A program made the translations under genes and the position numbers. DNA of 64,000 nt from Patescibacteria group bacterium. GTDB lineage: Bacteria > Patescibacteriota > Minisyncoccia > Phycocordibacterales > PALSA-1337. The stretch spans positions 34,615-98,614 of the forward strand of contig JBBTRA010000007.1 of the NCBI GenBank assembly GCA_038065415.1. Reading direction: 5' to 3'. A model generated the notes under the pieces. That model saw only the letters and a program-made list of their open reading frames with translations. It did no database searches and was not told where the DNA came from. Within the stretch, counting starts at the first letter, position 1. Each line of letters opens with the position of its first letter. Shown here in pieces: positions 9,030 through 19,810 of this stretch.

Positions 9030-10466
9030 TTAGCGCGCCGGAGTAGCAGCTTCTACATGGACATGACCATTCCCACGATGATTCCCTGTTTCACTGGCCG
9101 TCACCAGAGCTTGGCCCAGGCGACCTAAGAGGTCATTATTCTTGGGCTGATGCTCTTCCGCACCGTCACTAAAGAGGGCGCGTTCGCGTTTGAGAGCACC
9201 TGCCGCGTAGGTCAGATCATCGGCCGTGATGAGAACCGGCGTCTTCCCCGAAGAGACCACCGCCAATTTGGCACGTTCGACGACTTCGCGGATTTCCGCC
9301 GGAATCGAGCCGTCCAACTGCTTTCCGGCCTCACTCAAGTCCTGATCCTCAACAAGGAGAACGCCTGCATAATGCTTCAAGAGCCGTTCGGCCGTTGCAG
9401 CATCGGGCGGCAGCATGTTGATCGCAGTATCGATCCGACCTGGGCGACGCATGGCGGCATTGATCTGTCCCGGATGATTAGTGGTGAAGATCACCATCAC
9501 TTCGCTGTCCTTGTTGGTGATACCATCAAGTGAGTTGAGGATGGTGTTGACGTCGTTGGTCCGGCTTTGTCCGGTAACCCGGTCAATGTCTTCGACAAAC
9601 AACACACACGGTTCATACTGCCGCGCCACCTGAAGCGCCTGAGGCAATTCAGCGGACTTGGGCAGATAGATGAACGTCCATCCCTTTTGAGTACAGATCT
9701 GGGCGATTTGCGTAGCTGTCAAGGTCTTACCCGTACCGTACTGGCCCGCGATGAGAACTCCGCGACGAATCGGCGTACCAATAGCGCGCACCGCCGCCGT
9801 GTTCCGGATCGGACCCAGGATACAGGTATCAATATCACGCTGAATCTCAGGGCGAACGATCACGGTCACCGGGTCCGCCGGTAATTCGAGGAACTTGACC
9901 TCGGGCATCTTGCGCACCGCTCCGGTCGCATCGGTCAATTCAATACCGAATGCCTTGCCGCGATACGGACTTTCGTCCGCTGCCAATTTCTCAATCCGCT
10001 CAATCAGCGCACTGATCGTGTGTTCGTTTTTCCCCTGAACATGCGCATGCAAACGGAAGATCAACCGCCCATCGTCTTGGTCCGTCCCGGTCTCAACGTA
10101 GCCACCCATTGGTAGATCGTACCGGCCCCAACGGACTTTCATCGTCTTACCCACACCGACGGCGACAGAGATGTCAGAGCCAGCATTTTCGGTTTCAACA
10201 GTGAAGCCAAACATTGCCCGAAGCGCTTTTGCGAGCGCAATCGCCCCTTCGTGAGGCGAGACATGAATGCTGTGCTGGATGCATCGCTCCTGTTCTTCTT
10301 CGTCCTGTTTCCGACCAAGAACACGAATAGCGTTCTCCAGAGTCATCTTGGCAGGAAGTACGATGGCATCCCCCTCGCGCCTCACGTTCACTTCTGGTTT
10401 ACCGCGACGATTATTGTCGCCGTACGCTGCATCATGAGCACCATACTGCAATGGTCTATTTTTCAT
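9030..10466 (-). CDS. AAA+ ATPase with uncharacterised N-terminal half
   Basis: Walker A GQYGTGKT, Walker B LFVEDID, SRH TTNHP..AMRRPGRID. Confidence 0.88.
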   Translation of the reverse strand: MKNRPLQYGAHDAAYGDNNRRGKPEVNVRREGDAIVLPAKMTLENAIRVLGRKQDEEEQERCIQHSIHVSPHEGAIALAKALRAMFGFTVETENAGSDISVAVGVGKTMKVRWGRYDLPMGGYVETGTDQDDGRLIFRLHAHVQGKNEHTISALIERIEKLAADESPYRGKAFGIELTDATGAVRKMPEVKFLELPADPVTVIVRPEIQRDIDTCILGPIRNTAAVRAIGTPIRRGVLIAGQYGTGKTLTATQIAQICTQKGWTFIYLPKSAELPQALQVARQYEPCVLFVEDIDRVTGQSRTNDVNTILNSLDGITNKDSEVMVIFTTNHPGQINAAMRRPGRIDTAINMLPPDAATAERLLKHYAGVLLVEDQDLSEAGKQLDGSIPAEIREVVERAKLAVVSSGKTPVLITADDLTYAAGALKRERALFSDGAEEHQPKNNDLLGRLGQALVTASETGNHRGNGHVHVEAATPAR

Positions 10467-10608
10467 CTATTAGTCCTTTGTTGTCTGTTTTTTGTTTGTT
10501 TTGGTTGCTATATGTGACGAACAACCCGAAATATTACTAACATAAACTCATAAATATGTCAATATTCTGAACTCCCGAGCAGGATTCAGTGTAAAAATCT
10601 ACATTCTG

Positions 10609-10680
10609 GGCGACTAGAGGGAATCGGACCCTCGACTTCGGCTCCACAAACCGAGGTTTTACCATTAAACTATAGTCGCC
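10609..10680 (-). tRNA. tRNA-His(GTG)
   Basis: Cloverleaf GGCGACTATAGTTTAATGG...GTG...TAGTCGCC; encoded G-1 and C73. Confidence 0.93.
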
Positions 10681-10689
10681 ATATCGAAC

Positions 10690-11262
10690 CTACTCGTATG
10701 TAGGTGCAGACTCCTTTATACCAGATTTATGGTTGTTTAGTCGAGCGAGCGCGTAGAACAGCGATGAGAGCCTGTTCAAGAATGAAAGAGTTACGGAACC
10801 AACCTTCACTTCCCCACTCTCGACTCCAGCAATCACTCGGCGCTCTGCCTTGCGTGCCAGCGTCCTCGACACATCCATGAGCGCCGCTAATTCCGTTCCG
10901 CCGGATATGAAAAAAGTTTTTATAGGGGGCATCTCCTTTTCGGCCCAGTCGACTATGAACTCGATCCTGTCGACTTTGTCCTGGCCAATCTTTTTATCTG
11001 CACCCGCAACCTCCGCCTGTACGATGAAGAGACATTCTTGCACCCACTGAATAATTTCGGAGACTTTCTTCTGGGTACCAGCCGATATGTTGACCTCATA
11101 TCCAACATCTGCAGATCGTATCTTTACCAATCCATTAAACGAGTTGAGCTCATCCAATGCTCCGAGTGCCTCAGTCTGACATGAACTCTTGGATATGCGC
11201 TGGCCAGGCTTTGAGTCGAAAGCCTTGGTCGTGCCGCCATCGCCTTTACGAGTATAGAGCAT
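10690..11262 (-). CDS. PduO-type ATP:cob(I)alamin adenosyltransferase
   Basis: LYTRKGDGGTT, GALDELNS, RTLARKAERR, LNRLSSLFYALAR. Confidence 0.9.
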   Translation of the reverse strand: MLYTRKGDGGTTKAFDSKPGQRISKSSCQTEALGALDELNSFNGLVKIRSADVGYEVNISAGTQKKVSEIIQWVQECLFIVQAEVAGADKKIGQDKVDRIEFIVDWAEKEMPPIKTFFISGGTELAALMDVSRTLARKAERRVIAGVESGEVKVGSVTLSFLNRLSSLFYALARLNNHKSGIKESAPTYE

Positions 11263-11271
11263 GGGACGAGA

Positions 11272-12060
11272 TTATATTGCTTCCCCAATGAACACCAAAT
11301 TGTCCAAGAAAAATGTTTTGCCCACCGCCGCACCCTCGCTCAAAAGAGCAACTGCATCAATACCAGTATTTTGCGCATTTGAATACCCGGGTACATTTAT
11401 CGAAGAAACGAATACACCGTCACGATAGAAATTTAACTTGGTTCCGGCAATCGATATGAGATTGTAGTGCCACTTGTCATCAGCAAGCACCAATTTTCCA
11501 AGCTGAACAGTTGACGCGCCTTGCACATCGAGATATCCATTGTTACTCGGGTTATCAGTGCTGAATGTAAATCCACTTGCATCTCCATGTAGCTCGAGCA
11601 ATGTGATCGGAAAACCTGCCGATTTTGCCCAGAAACCTATGGAAAATTTTGTGAACGGCTTATCTGTTGCCCGGATACCCCCACTATCCCACGACAAGAA
11701 GGAGTACTGAATTGAGTTCAGTGCCATATTATAGCTACGACCCTCTCCTGTCGGAGTCTGGGTAGAAAGCACCGCACAATCGGATTCTGTTCCGCCTGGC
11801 GGAATCAGTGTAAGACCATTTGGACGAGAGGTATCAGGAATCTGCGGAAGCGTCCCTGTACAAGGGATATTTTCGAAATCATATCGAGCCAATATATTAT
11901 CGGCAAATGCAGTCTGTGTATGTTTCTCGAACCTCAGCCCCGCCGCGATTCTACTCTTATCTCTCGCCGCCTGAACCGAGACAAGAATGACGGATGAGAG
12001 GACCATCATGATAGACATGACCACCAATAGCTCAACCAAAGTAAAACCTCTCTTATTCAT
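11272..12060 (-). CDS. Type IV prepilin-like protein with C-terminal LamG/concanavalin-like domain
   Basis: MNKRG^FTLVELLVV class III signal, ARDKSR, FSIGFWAK, DDKWH, FYRDG. Confidence 0.85.
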   Translation of the reverse strand: MNKRGFTLVELLVVMSIMMVLSSVILVSVQAARDKSRIAAGLRFEKHTQTAFADNILARYDFENIPCTGTLPQIPDTSRPNGLTLIPPGGTESDCAVLSTQTPTGEGRSYNMALNSIQYSFLSWDSGGIRATDKPFTKFSIGFWAKSAGFPITLLELHGDASGFTFSTDNPSNNGYLDVQGASTVQLGKLVLADDKWHYNLISIAGTKLNFYRDGVFVSSINVPGYSNAQNTGIDAVALLSEGAAVGKTFFLDNLVFIGEAI

Positions 12061-12134
12061 GGCTACCAGTATATCACGATGCGCACGACTGACCCTGTGC
12101 ACGAAAAAACCGGGCGTTACCCGGTTTTCATCTG

Positions 12135-12218
12135 TGCGCAGGAGAGGACTCGAACCTCCAAGCCCTAACGGGCGCTACCACCTCAAGGTAGTGCGTCTAC
12201 CAATTTCGCCACCTGCGC
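12135..12218 (-). tRNA. tRNA-Leu(GAG)
   Basis: Cloverleaf with long variable arm, loop TTGAGGT, GGTTCGAGTCC. Confidence 0.95.
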
Positions 12219-12276
12219 GTGTGTGCACTATAGCAAAAATCCCGGTCTTTGCAATCGGGATTTTGTTTTGATGATA

Positions 12277-12717
12277 TTATGCTGTAACTTCTTCCTTCGG
12301 AGCCTCGACTGCCGCTTCCGGCTTTGCCAATTTGGTATCGGTATTTTGTCCTGGATCTTTCATAGAAAGTACACGCCTCATCTGCTTGCGAATCTCCTTT
12401 GCAGCCTTTTCCCTGATGAAGTACAACTTGGCGCGGCGAACCTTGGAGCGTCGGATGAGTTCGACTTCGTCGATCATCGGTGAATAAAGTGGAAAAATGC
12501 GCTCAACACCTATACCATCCACGACTTTGCGAACAGTAAATGTGGCTCCGGCCTCATTGCCGTGCTTACGAGCAAGAACAATCCCTTCGAAAGCTTGGAG
12601 GCGAAACTTGCCCTTGTCTTCCTGGATCTTCTGCCAGACGCGGACCTGATCTCCGGCGCGGACGTCGAGATTCTTGCGTTCGTCGATTTTTACTGAAGAA
12701 ATAACCTTGGTTGCCAT
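12277..12717 (-). CDS. rplS: 50S ribosomal protein L19
   Basis: [36 protein letters not shown]. Confidence 0.97.
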   Translation of the reverse strand: MATKVISSVKIDERKNLDVRAGDQVRVWQKIQEDKGKFRLQAFEGIVLARKHGNEAGATFTVRKVVDGIGVERIFPLYSPMIDEVELIRRSKVRRAKLYFIREKAAKEIRKQMRRVLSMKDPGQNTDTKLAKPEAAVEAPKEEVTA

Positions 12718-12783
12718 AGTGGGGATACCTTAACACACATTGATTTAAGATTCAACATTCGGCCTACTCTACACGATAGAACC

Positions 12784-13548
12784 TTATACCCGAGCACCTA
12801 GCAAAGCGCACGCTCCAACGAAATCTGGGGGCAAGGGAGCAGCAACTTTGACTCTCTTCCCTTCGAGCGTCTCAAACTCAACAGACTTCGCATGAAGTGC
12901 GGTGCGCCCAAAACCGAGCACCATGGGCTTCTTGGGAGCATAGAGTGTGTCACCTACGACCGGATGGTTCACTGCGGTGAAGTGCACACGAATCTGGTGA
13001 GTCCTTCCTGTCTTGGGCTCAACCTCAACAAGTGAAAATTTCTCCGGCTTATCTCCTCCTGTTTCGACCGCTTTCGTCGCTAGCCTCGTCCAATATGTCT
13101 CCGCATCCCTCAAATCTCCACGAGCACCGCGCTGAGCGGACCACTTGCGAAAATCAGAACTGCTCCTACCGATCGGGCGCGTGATGGTACCAAACTCCTC
13201 ATCAACTTCTCCCCATACAAATGCAAGATACTTCTTGAGAATCGTGCGGTCCTTGAATTGCTCCTTGAGGGATGCATGCGCTTCCTTTGTCTTTGCGACG
13301 ATGAGTGCACCTGAGGTCTCGCGGTCCAAACGATGCACGATACCAGGACGCAACAGAGGTTCACCCTCCGGAGTACGAGTATGCTCGCCCACATTGACTG
13401 CATCAGGATACTTCGAAATGACCCAATCAGTAAGAAAAGGACCTTTATCGCGACCATCAGGATGTACCATGAGGCCAGCCGGCTTGTTCACGACGACACA
13501 ATCAGCATCCTCGTAGAGGATGTCTATTTTTGGGAGTTCGTTGCTCAT
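12784..13548 (-). CDS. RluA/RluD-family pseudouridine synthase
   Basis: NKPAGLMVHP, HRLDRETSG, TGRTHQIRVH, GDTLY. Confidence 0.95.
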   Translation of the reverse strand: MSNELPKIDILYEDADCVVVNKPAGLMVHPDGRDKGPFLTDWVISKYPDAVNVGEHTRTPEGEPLLRPGIVHRLDRETSGALIVAKTKEAHASLKEQFKDRTILKKYLAFVWGEVDEEFGTITRPIGRSSSDFRKWSAQRGARGDLRDAETYWTRLATKAVETGGDKPEKFSLVEVEPKTGRTHQIRVHFTAVNHPVVGDTLYAPKKPMVLGFGRTALHAKSVEFETLEGKRVKVAAPLPPDFVGACALLGARV

Positions 13549-13614
13549 CTCATGAATATACGGTAATGTATGCTCTGGAGCAAGCCTGCAGTATATTTCG
13601 CAGGACCGAAATTC

Positions 13615-13687
13615 GCGCGATTAGCTCAGTTGGTAGAGCAGTCCCTTTACACGGGAAAGGTCGGGGGTTCAAGTCCCTCATCGCGCA
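13615..13687 (+). tRNA. tRNA-Val(TAC)
   Basis: GCGCGATTAGCTCAGTTGGTAGAGC, loop TTTACAC, GGTTCAAGTCC. Confidence 0.95.
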
Positions 13688-13699
13688 CTGATAGATACC

Positions 13700-13740
13700 A
13701 TGTACACAAAAAACCAGATGACCTGGCTTTTTGTGTACAT
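13700..13740. terminator. Hairpin between convergent tRNAs
   Basis: atgtacacaaaaa-ccag..ctgg-tttttgtgtacat inverted repeat. Confidence 0.7.
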
Positions 13741-13741
13741 G

Positions 13742-13813
13742 TCCCCCCGGTTGGAATCGAACCAACATCGACGGCTTAGAAGTCCGCAGTTCTATCCATT
13801 GAACTACAGGGGG
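13742..13813 (-). tRNA. tRNA-Arg(TCT)
   Basis: CCCCCTGTAGTTCAATGGATAGAAC, loop CTTCTAA, GGTTCGATTCC. Confidence 0.93.
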
Positions 13814-13858
13814 TTATGAGAAGAAAGTACCATATTTATACGCCCTTGAATACCTCAC

Positions 13859-14188
13859 CTACAGCGATGGGTCTCCCGGCATTCCACTTCCCTGCAAAAT
13901 ACCCGCGCGCCCTGCTGTACGATCGTTGAACTCCTTGAGTGCCCCAGACAATGCTCCTACATCAAATGCAGAAGGGTTTCCGGACGCATCATGCACGGTC
14001 GGCTCTGACAAACGACTCTGAACTCCTACATATGTTCGATACCCAAAAAATGCAGAAACACCGACAAGCACAACAACGACAACCAACATGATAAGCCAGT
14101 CAACATACGGATCATCACCGATACGACGGAAGAATGAATCTTGTCGTTGCCTCGATGATATTTTTCTATGGTTGAATATATGCATCAT
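13859..14188 (-). CDS. Single-TM protein, fourth gene of the pilMNO operon
   Basis: One TM; co-oriented and tightly linked to pilO-like gene. Confidence 0.65.
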   Translation of the reverse strand: MMHIFNHRKISSRQRQDSFFRRIGDDPYVDWLIMLVVVVVLVGVSAFFGYRTYVGVQSRLSEPTVHDASGNPSAFDVGALSGALKEFNDRTAGRAGILQGSGMPGDPSL

Positions 14189-14194
14189 ATGTTT

Positions 14195-14761
14195 CTATTG
14201 TTTCGAACTCTTGAGCGACAACCCTTCGATCACAAAAGATGCCCTCCACTCCCTGCTACGACCTGCTTTTGGATCGAGCGCTCCCGATGTGTCGAGTCGA
14301 ACACGGCTCACAGTGACCGCATACGGTAGGGTCTCCGCGAGCTTGAGCGTTTTCATCACTGCACTCCACGAACCTCGCACATCAACATGGGCACGGATGC
14401 GTGAGATCGTTCCCGGTTCAGCTGCCTCAATATTGTCAGCCTCGATGGATGAAAGAGAGATAGAGCTGCCCGCACTCGTACCGAGCGCCTCCACCGTCTC
14501 GATGAAAGAGACCGTGGAATCATCTGGCACGAAGAAAGAAGCAGCCTTGACTCGATCTCCAGCAGTGGCCTCGTGCACAGAACTTAGATTATTCTCGCGG
14601 CTCAGCGAGAGGTCGTGCTCCGCAAGCTTTGATCGTCCAGCTATCACTCGCTCTATCGAAGCCGATATGCCGTAGTGCATATATGCATAGAGCGCAAAGA
14701 CAAAGAGCGTCACTGACGCGGCTACGATGAATAGAGCTGTGTGGCTGTGGTAATGCTTCAT
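14195..14761 (-). CDS. PilO-like type IV pilus alignment protein
   Basis: N-terminal TM, VRGSWSAVMKTLKLAETLPY; operon position. Confidence 0.7.
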   Translation of the reverse strand: MKHYHSHTALFIVAASVTLFVFALYAYMHYGISASIERVIAGRSKLAEHDLSLSRENNLSSVHEATAGDRVKAASFFVPDDSTVSFIETVEALGTSAGSSISLSSIEADNIEAAEPGTISRIRAHVDVRGSWSAVMKTLKLAETLPYAVTVSRVRLDTSGALDPKAGRSREWRASFVIEGLSLKSSKQ

Positions 14762-15297
14762 GGCAATGATCGGGTAAAGCGCAAAGAGAACGGTATATCC
14801 CTACTCTTTGCAAGCTCAGATATCGGCAATTCTACTTTATTACCTATACCAAGATTCTCGAGCCGCGTCTTCAAGGATACGAGAGACTCTCGTGTAGGAG
14901 CTATCCCTTGAATGATCATCGTGGCGCTGGTTGTAGAAAGTTCAGAGAGCATGACGGAAGTAATACTGACGGAGGCGCGCGCTGAAACAACATCCTGTAT
15001 CAACAAAGAAGGCTTTGTACCTGCCTGTGAAGACGTAAGCGCCCTCACGAGTTTTGAGTCACGCTCCAGATCGCGCGCGAATACCGCCGACTGACTACCA
15101 TCGGCATCCTCTAATGAGCGTCCGAGCATCGTCTGGCTTCGCTCTTCGGCAGAGACAAGTATATATGCAGGAAACAATGAACAGATCCCTACAACCCCAA
15201 CTACAGACATCAGGAAAAGAGCCACAATCGCCGCATGCAAACGGTATCCGCGCTTAAGAGTCTTCTGTTCTTGGATAGGAAGGAAACTGTGTCTCAT
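14758..15297 (-). CDS. PilN-like type IV pilus alignment protein
   Basis: N-terminal FLP motif, TM, IQGIAPTRESL; follows pilM. Confidence 0.7.
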   Translation of the reverse strand: MRHSFLPIQEQKTLKRGYRLHAAIVALFLMSVVGVVGICSLFPAYILVSAEERSQTMLGRSLEDADGSQSAVFARDLERDSKLVRALTSSQAGTKPSLLIQDVVSARASVSITSVMLSELSTTSATMIIQGIAPTRESLVSLKTRLENLGIGNKVELPISELAKSRDIPFSLRFTRSLP

Positions 15298-16277
15298 GCT
15301 ATTGGTGATATGAGTGCCAAACCTGCCGCAATGACATACTCGAGAGATTCGGTCTTCGTTATCGGTGGGACATATGAATTCACATCAAAGGCATTGTGCC
15401 AAACATCAGGAAGCACCGTATGCGCAATAATATCTGATCCTTGATTGCGGATGATGGACTCACAGGCTTCCGCTCGCGAACCAACAACAACGATCTCCGA
15501 GATACGAGCGCGAGCATCGGTGCGAGTCATCCAGTATGCGTGAACCCTGCCGATTTCAGCCATCAAGGCATCCCCTGCACCAGCCACTGGAGCATCGCCC
15601 AAACTATCACTCCCCCATGCTATGGTCGAAGTGAAGCAAACGACACCCTCGGATACTATATAAAGGCCGCTCTTCTTCTTCATGATATGTACAATGAGAT
15701 GTGTCCCCTCAGAATGCGGTGGCTCGTAGGCTGTCACAATCGCTTTAGGAGCAACTTCAAAGGCAACTGTAGATACGCCCGCCTCTTTAAGCAGAGCGAC
15801 ATGGTGTTCGACATACGTGCGCGGCACCACTGACACGCTGGCACGCAACACATCCCCTGTTACTGCACGAGGCATGAGGTCAAATTGGAAGATTGCATCA
15901 GCTGCCGACAGTGGCACATTCTGATCGAGTTTGAATTCGATATTCTGGGCTATAGAGCGGAAATCCGCAGTCGGAACTTCTGTTTGGAACAAATACGCCT
16001 TCTCTTCCGGCAAGGAGACTTTTACATAGGAGAGGTTATTTTTGGAGACAAATTGTTTCAGCACATCGACGAAAGCCTTTTCATCTTTGATATCACCACC
16101 ATCGACAAGTCCTGGTGGAAGTTGTTGAGTAGCATGTTTCGATATCACCAAACCTTTTGAGGTCCGGCGATATTCTATACACCGGATAGCCTCATCCGAT
16201 ATATCGAGTCCCGCATGAGGCATGACGAGGAATGTCGGCGGTGGAAATAGCTTGAATAAGAACGAGCGTGTATCCAT
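15294..16277 (-). CDS. pilM: PilM-like type IV pilus assembly protein
   Basis: GLDISDEAIR, LPPGLVDGGDI, VSLPEEKAY, AAGLAL (actin-like fold). Confidence 0.82.
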   Translation of the reverse strand: MDTRSFLFKLFPPPTFLVMPHAGLDISDEAIRCIEYRRTSKGLVISKHATQQLPPGLVDGGDIKDEKAFVDVLKQFVSKNNLSYVKVSLPEEKAYLFQTEVPTADFRSIAQNIEFKLDQNVPLSAADAIFQFDLMPRAVTGDVLRASVSVVPRTYVEHHVALLKEAGVSTVAFEVAPKAIVTAYEPPHSEGTHLIVHIMKKKSGLYIVSEGVVCFTSTIAWGSDSLGDAPVAGAGDALMAEIGRVHAYWMTRTDARARISEIVVVGSRAEACESIIRNQGSDIIAHTVLPDVWHNAFDVNSYVPPITKTESLEYVIAAGLALISPIA

Positions 16278-16297
16278 GCCCTAAGTATACCTTATAC

Positions 16298-16921
16298 CTA
16301 TTCTGCTTTCATCCTTTTGCGTGCCTCCTTGAATATCTCTTTCAATGCAGGAGCTGCTGAAGTGAGTACGATGACTATTACGACGGGTATAATATAGCGA
16401 TCAGGGTTCGGTATCAGTGCACCCAAGCCGTAACCGAGCCAGAGCATTCCCCAGGTCCATACGAAGGCTCCAATTATGTTGAATGTGATGAAGGTTCGGT
16501 AACGCATATTCCCCATCCCGGCGACGATTGGGGCAAATGTGCGGATGATGGGCATGAAGCGAGCCAGTATGATTGTTTTTTTGCCATGCTTCTCATAAAA
16601 ATTTTGGGCGCGAACGATGTGCTGTTTGTTGAACACGACAGAATCTTCTCGAGAAAAAAGTGCCGGGCCAACTTTCTTGCCAAAAGCATATCCAACACTA
16701 TCTCCAACAACGGCAGCCACAAAAGTTCCAACGAGGAGCAGGGGGAGAGATACATACCCTTGTGATGCAAGGAAGCCTGCCGTGAACAAGAGCGAATCTC
16801 CTGGCAGAAAAAATCCGAAGAATAATCCTGTTTCAACGAAAATAATAGCAATAACACCCAGTGCGCCAAGTGTCATGATCAAAGCTTTTGGTTCGAGAAG
16901 AGCGTGAAAAAATTCAATCAT
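16298..16921 (-). CDS. DedA/VTT family membrane protein
   Basis: FVETGLFFGFFLPGDSLLF, ARFMPIIRTFAP. Confidence 0.95.
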   Translation of the reverse strand: MIEFFHALLEPKALIMTLGALGVIAIIFVETGLFFGFFLPGDSLLFTAGFLASQGYVSLPLLLVGTFVAAVVGDSVGYAFGKKVGPALFSREDSVVFNKQHIVRAQNFYEKHGKKTIILARFMPIIRTFAPIVAGMGNMRYRTFITFNIIGAFVWTWGMLWLGYGLGALIPNPDRYIIPVVIVIVLTSAAPALKEIFKEARKRMKAE

Positions 16922-16948
16922 GATATGTAGATGGTTACTGGATTTCTC

Positions 16949-17320
16949 TTACGCTGCTTTTGTTCCGGGGACTATTGAAGGATTTGGTTCGAGAAGAGAA
17001 AAGTTGCCCGAAGCATCCGATACCGCGAAGAGCATGCCGTTGCTCTCATACCCCTTGATCACCCTTGGTTCAAGATTGGTCACAAACATGCAGGTCTTCC
17101 CCACCAAGATAGCTGGATCAGGAAAATACGCCGAAATACCTGAGACTATCTGTCGGACTACTGGTTTCGTAACAGCGGTACCGTCCTCGAGAATAGTTTG
17201 TGATTGTTCAGCAAAATCAACCGCCAGTTTGAGGAGTTTATCCGTATCGGGAATCTTCTCTGCTGAGAGGATTTTTCCAGCACGGATCTCTACCTTTTTG
17301 AAATCGTCGTAATTGATCAT
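16949..17320 (-). CDS. Stand-alone tRNA-binding OB-fold protein (MetRS C-terminal/Trbp111/CsaA-like)
   Basis: INYDDFKKVEIRAG, RQIVSGI, NLEPR..GYESNGM. Confidence 0.88.
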   Translation of the reverse strand: MINYDDFKKVEIRAGKILSAEKIPDTDKLLKLAVDFAEQSQTILEDGTAVTKPVVRQIVSGISAYFPDPAILVGKTCMFVTNLEPRVIKGYESNGMLFAVSDASGNFSLLEPNPSIVPGTKAA

Positions 17321-17351
17321 GAATTCAGTATACCAAAAATAATCACTTCCC

Positions 17352-17771
17352 CTACTCCACTTTGTCTCTATCCAGATAACTTTGCAATATGAGAGCGGCG
17401 GCACTTGCATCACTCATATCATTTTTGCCTTGAAACCGCTCTGCTTGCATACTTGTCATGAACTCAAGCTCCAGATACACAGTAAAGCCGAGCTTTTCGA
17501 GCTGACCTTTGAACTCCACCGACTCCTCGAATATCGGGTTCGGCTCCTGTTTGTAATTCCTAGATTCGCCCATCACAATCTCTTTCACCTCATGTTGGCG
17601 AGCAATCTCCTGAATTTCCTTTATAGCGAGATCACTCGTATGAACCACTGAAAGCGGCAGAGCGAACTTCCTTGCTTCATCAGAAACTGCGACACCGATC
17701 CTCTTTGACCCATAGTCAATACCGAGGATACGTCCGCGGATATGGTTGGTATGTCGTGATTCTATGTTCAT
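17352..17771 (-). CDS. ruvX: YqgF/RuvX-family nuclease
   Basis: LGIDYGSKRIGVAVSD, EFMTS, DASAAALILQSYL. Confidence 0.92.
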   Translation of the reverse strand: MNIESRHTNHIRGRILGIDYGSKRIGVAVSDEARKFALPLSVVHTSDLAIKEIQEIARQHEVKEIVMGESRNYKQEPNPIFEESVEFKGQLEKLGFTVYLELEFMTSMQAERFQGKNDMSDASAAALILQSYLDRDKVE

Positions 17772-17778
17772 TTTTCTG

Positions 17779-17865
17779 CGGACGGGGTGAGATTCGAACT
17801 CACGGTACCCTTGCGAGTACGACAGTTTTCAAGACTGTTGCCTTAAACCACTCAGCCACCCGTCC
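17779..17865 (-). tRNA. tRNA-Ser(TGA)
   Basis: GGACGGGTGGCTGAGTGG, loop CTTGAAA, long variable arm. Confidence 0.95.
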
Positions 17866-17926
17866 AGTTCAGCCATGATGGCACAATCCCTGTGTTTTTT
17901 CAATTCCTTAGTGGTATAATTTAATT

Positions 17927-18391
17927 ATGGCAACAGCTCCCCTCATCTCCTGGAATGCCCCGGAGCATTTCTATGTCGAGAAGCGCCCCGACTGGTACTG
18001 GGCGGTAGGCATCATTACTCTAGCGATAGCAGTAGTCTGTTTTATTTTCGGCAACATCATACCAGGCCTGTTCGTACTGATAGGCGCGACAGCACTTGTA
18101 ATTCACTCATCTCGTCCACCCCGTACGATGCACTACGAGATCAACGACCGCGGCATCGTCGTGGACGACCTCCTCTACCCTTTCCTCACCCTCGAATCAT
18201 TCTGGATACCACATGATGAACTTCCTCCAAAAATGATCGTCAAATCTCGCAAGACCTTCATGCCATTCATCGTCATATACATAGACGAAGTCGACCCCGA
18301 AAAAGTTCGCGAAGTGATGCTCACTTACATCGCCGAGACTGAACACCGCGAACCATTCTTGAAGCACCTGCTCGAAAGGCTTGGGTTCTAA
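17927..18391 (+). CDS. Two-TM hypothetical protein with PH-like C-terminus
   Basis: W.APE..EKRPDWYW, two TMs, ESFWI, LERLGF end; TATAAT just upstream. Confidence 0.75.
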   Translation: MATAPLISWNAPEHFYVEKRPDWYWAVGIITLAIAVVCFIFGNIIPGLFVLIGATALVIHSSRPPRTMHYEINDRGIVVDDLLYPFLTLESFWIPHDELPPKMIVKSRKTFMPFIVIYIDEVDPEKVREVMLTYIAETEHREPFLKHLLERLGF

Positions 18392-18469
18392 AAGATCCCA
18401 GCAGCCTCTTTTCTTGTAGTTTGAACCTTGAATCTATATAATGCCCCTATTCTATTATCCAAAATCTAA

Positions 18470-19768
<1,299 letters not shown>

Positions 19769-19810
19769 GCTATATCCTCAAATTTCATATCCTAGGGTAT
19801 ACTTAGTGGT

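Noticed and set aside
8335-9033. Long antisense ORFs (also 23936-24724, 29034-29804, 61430-62203)
   Set aside because: They shadow well-supported genes on the other strand and have no recognisable motifs.
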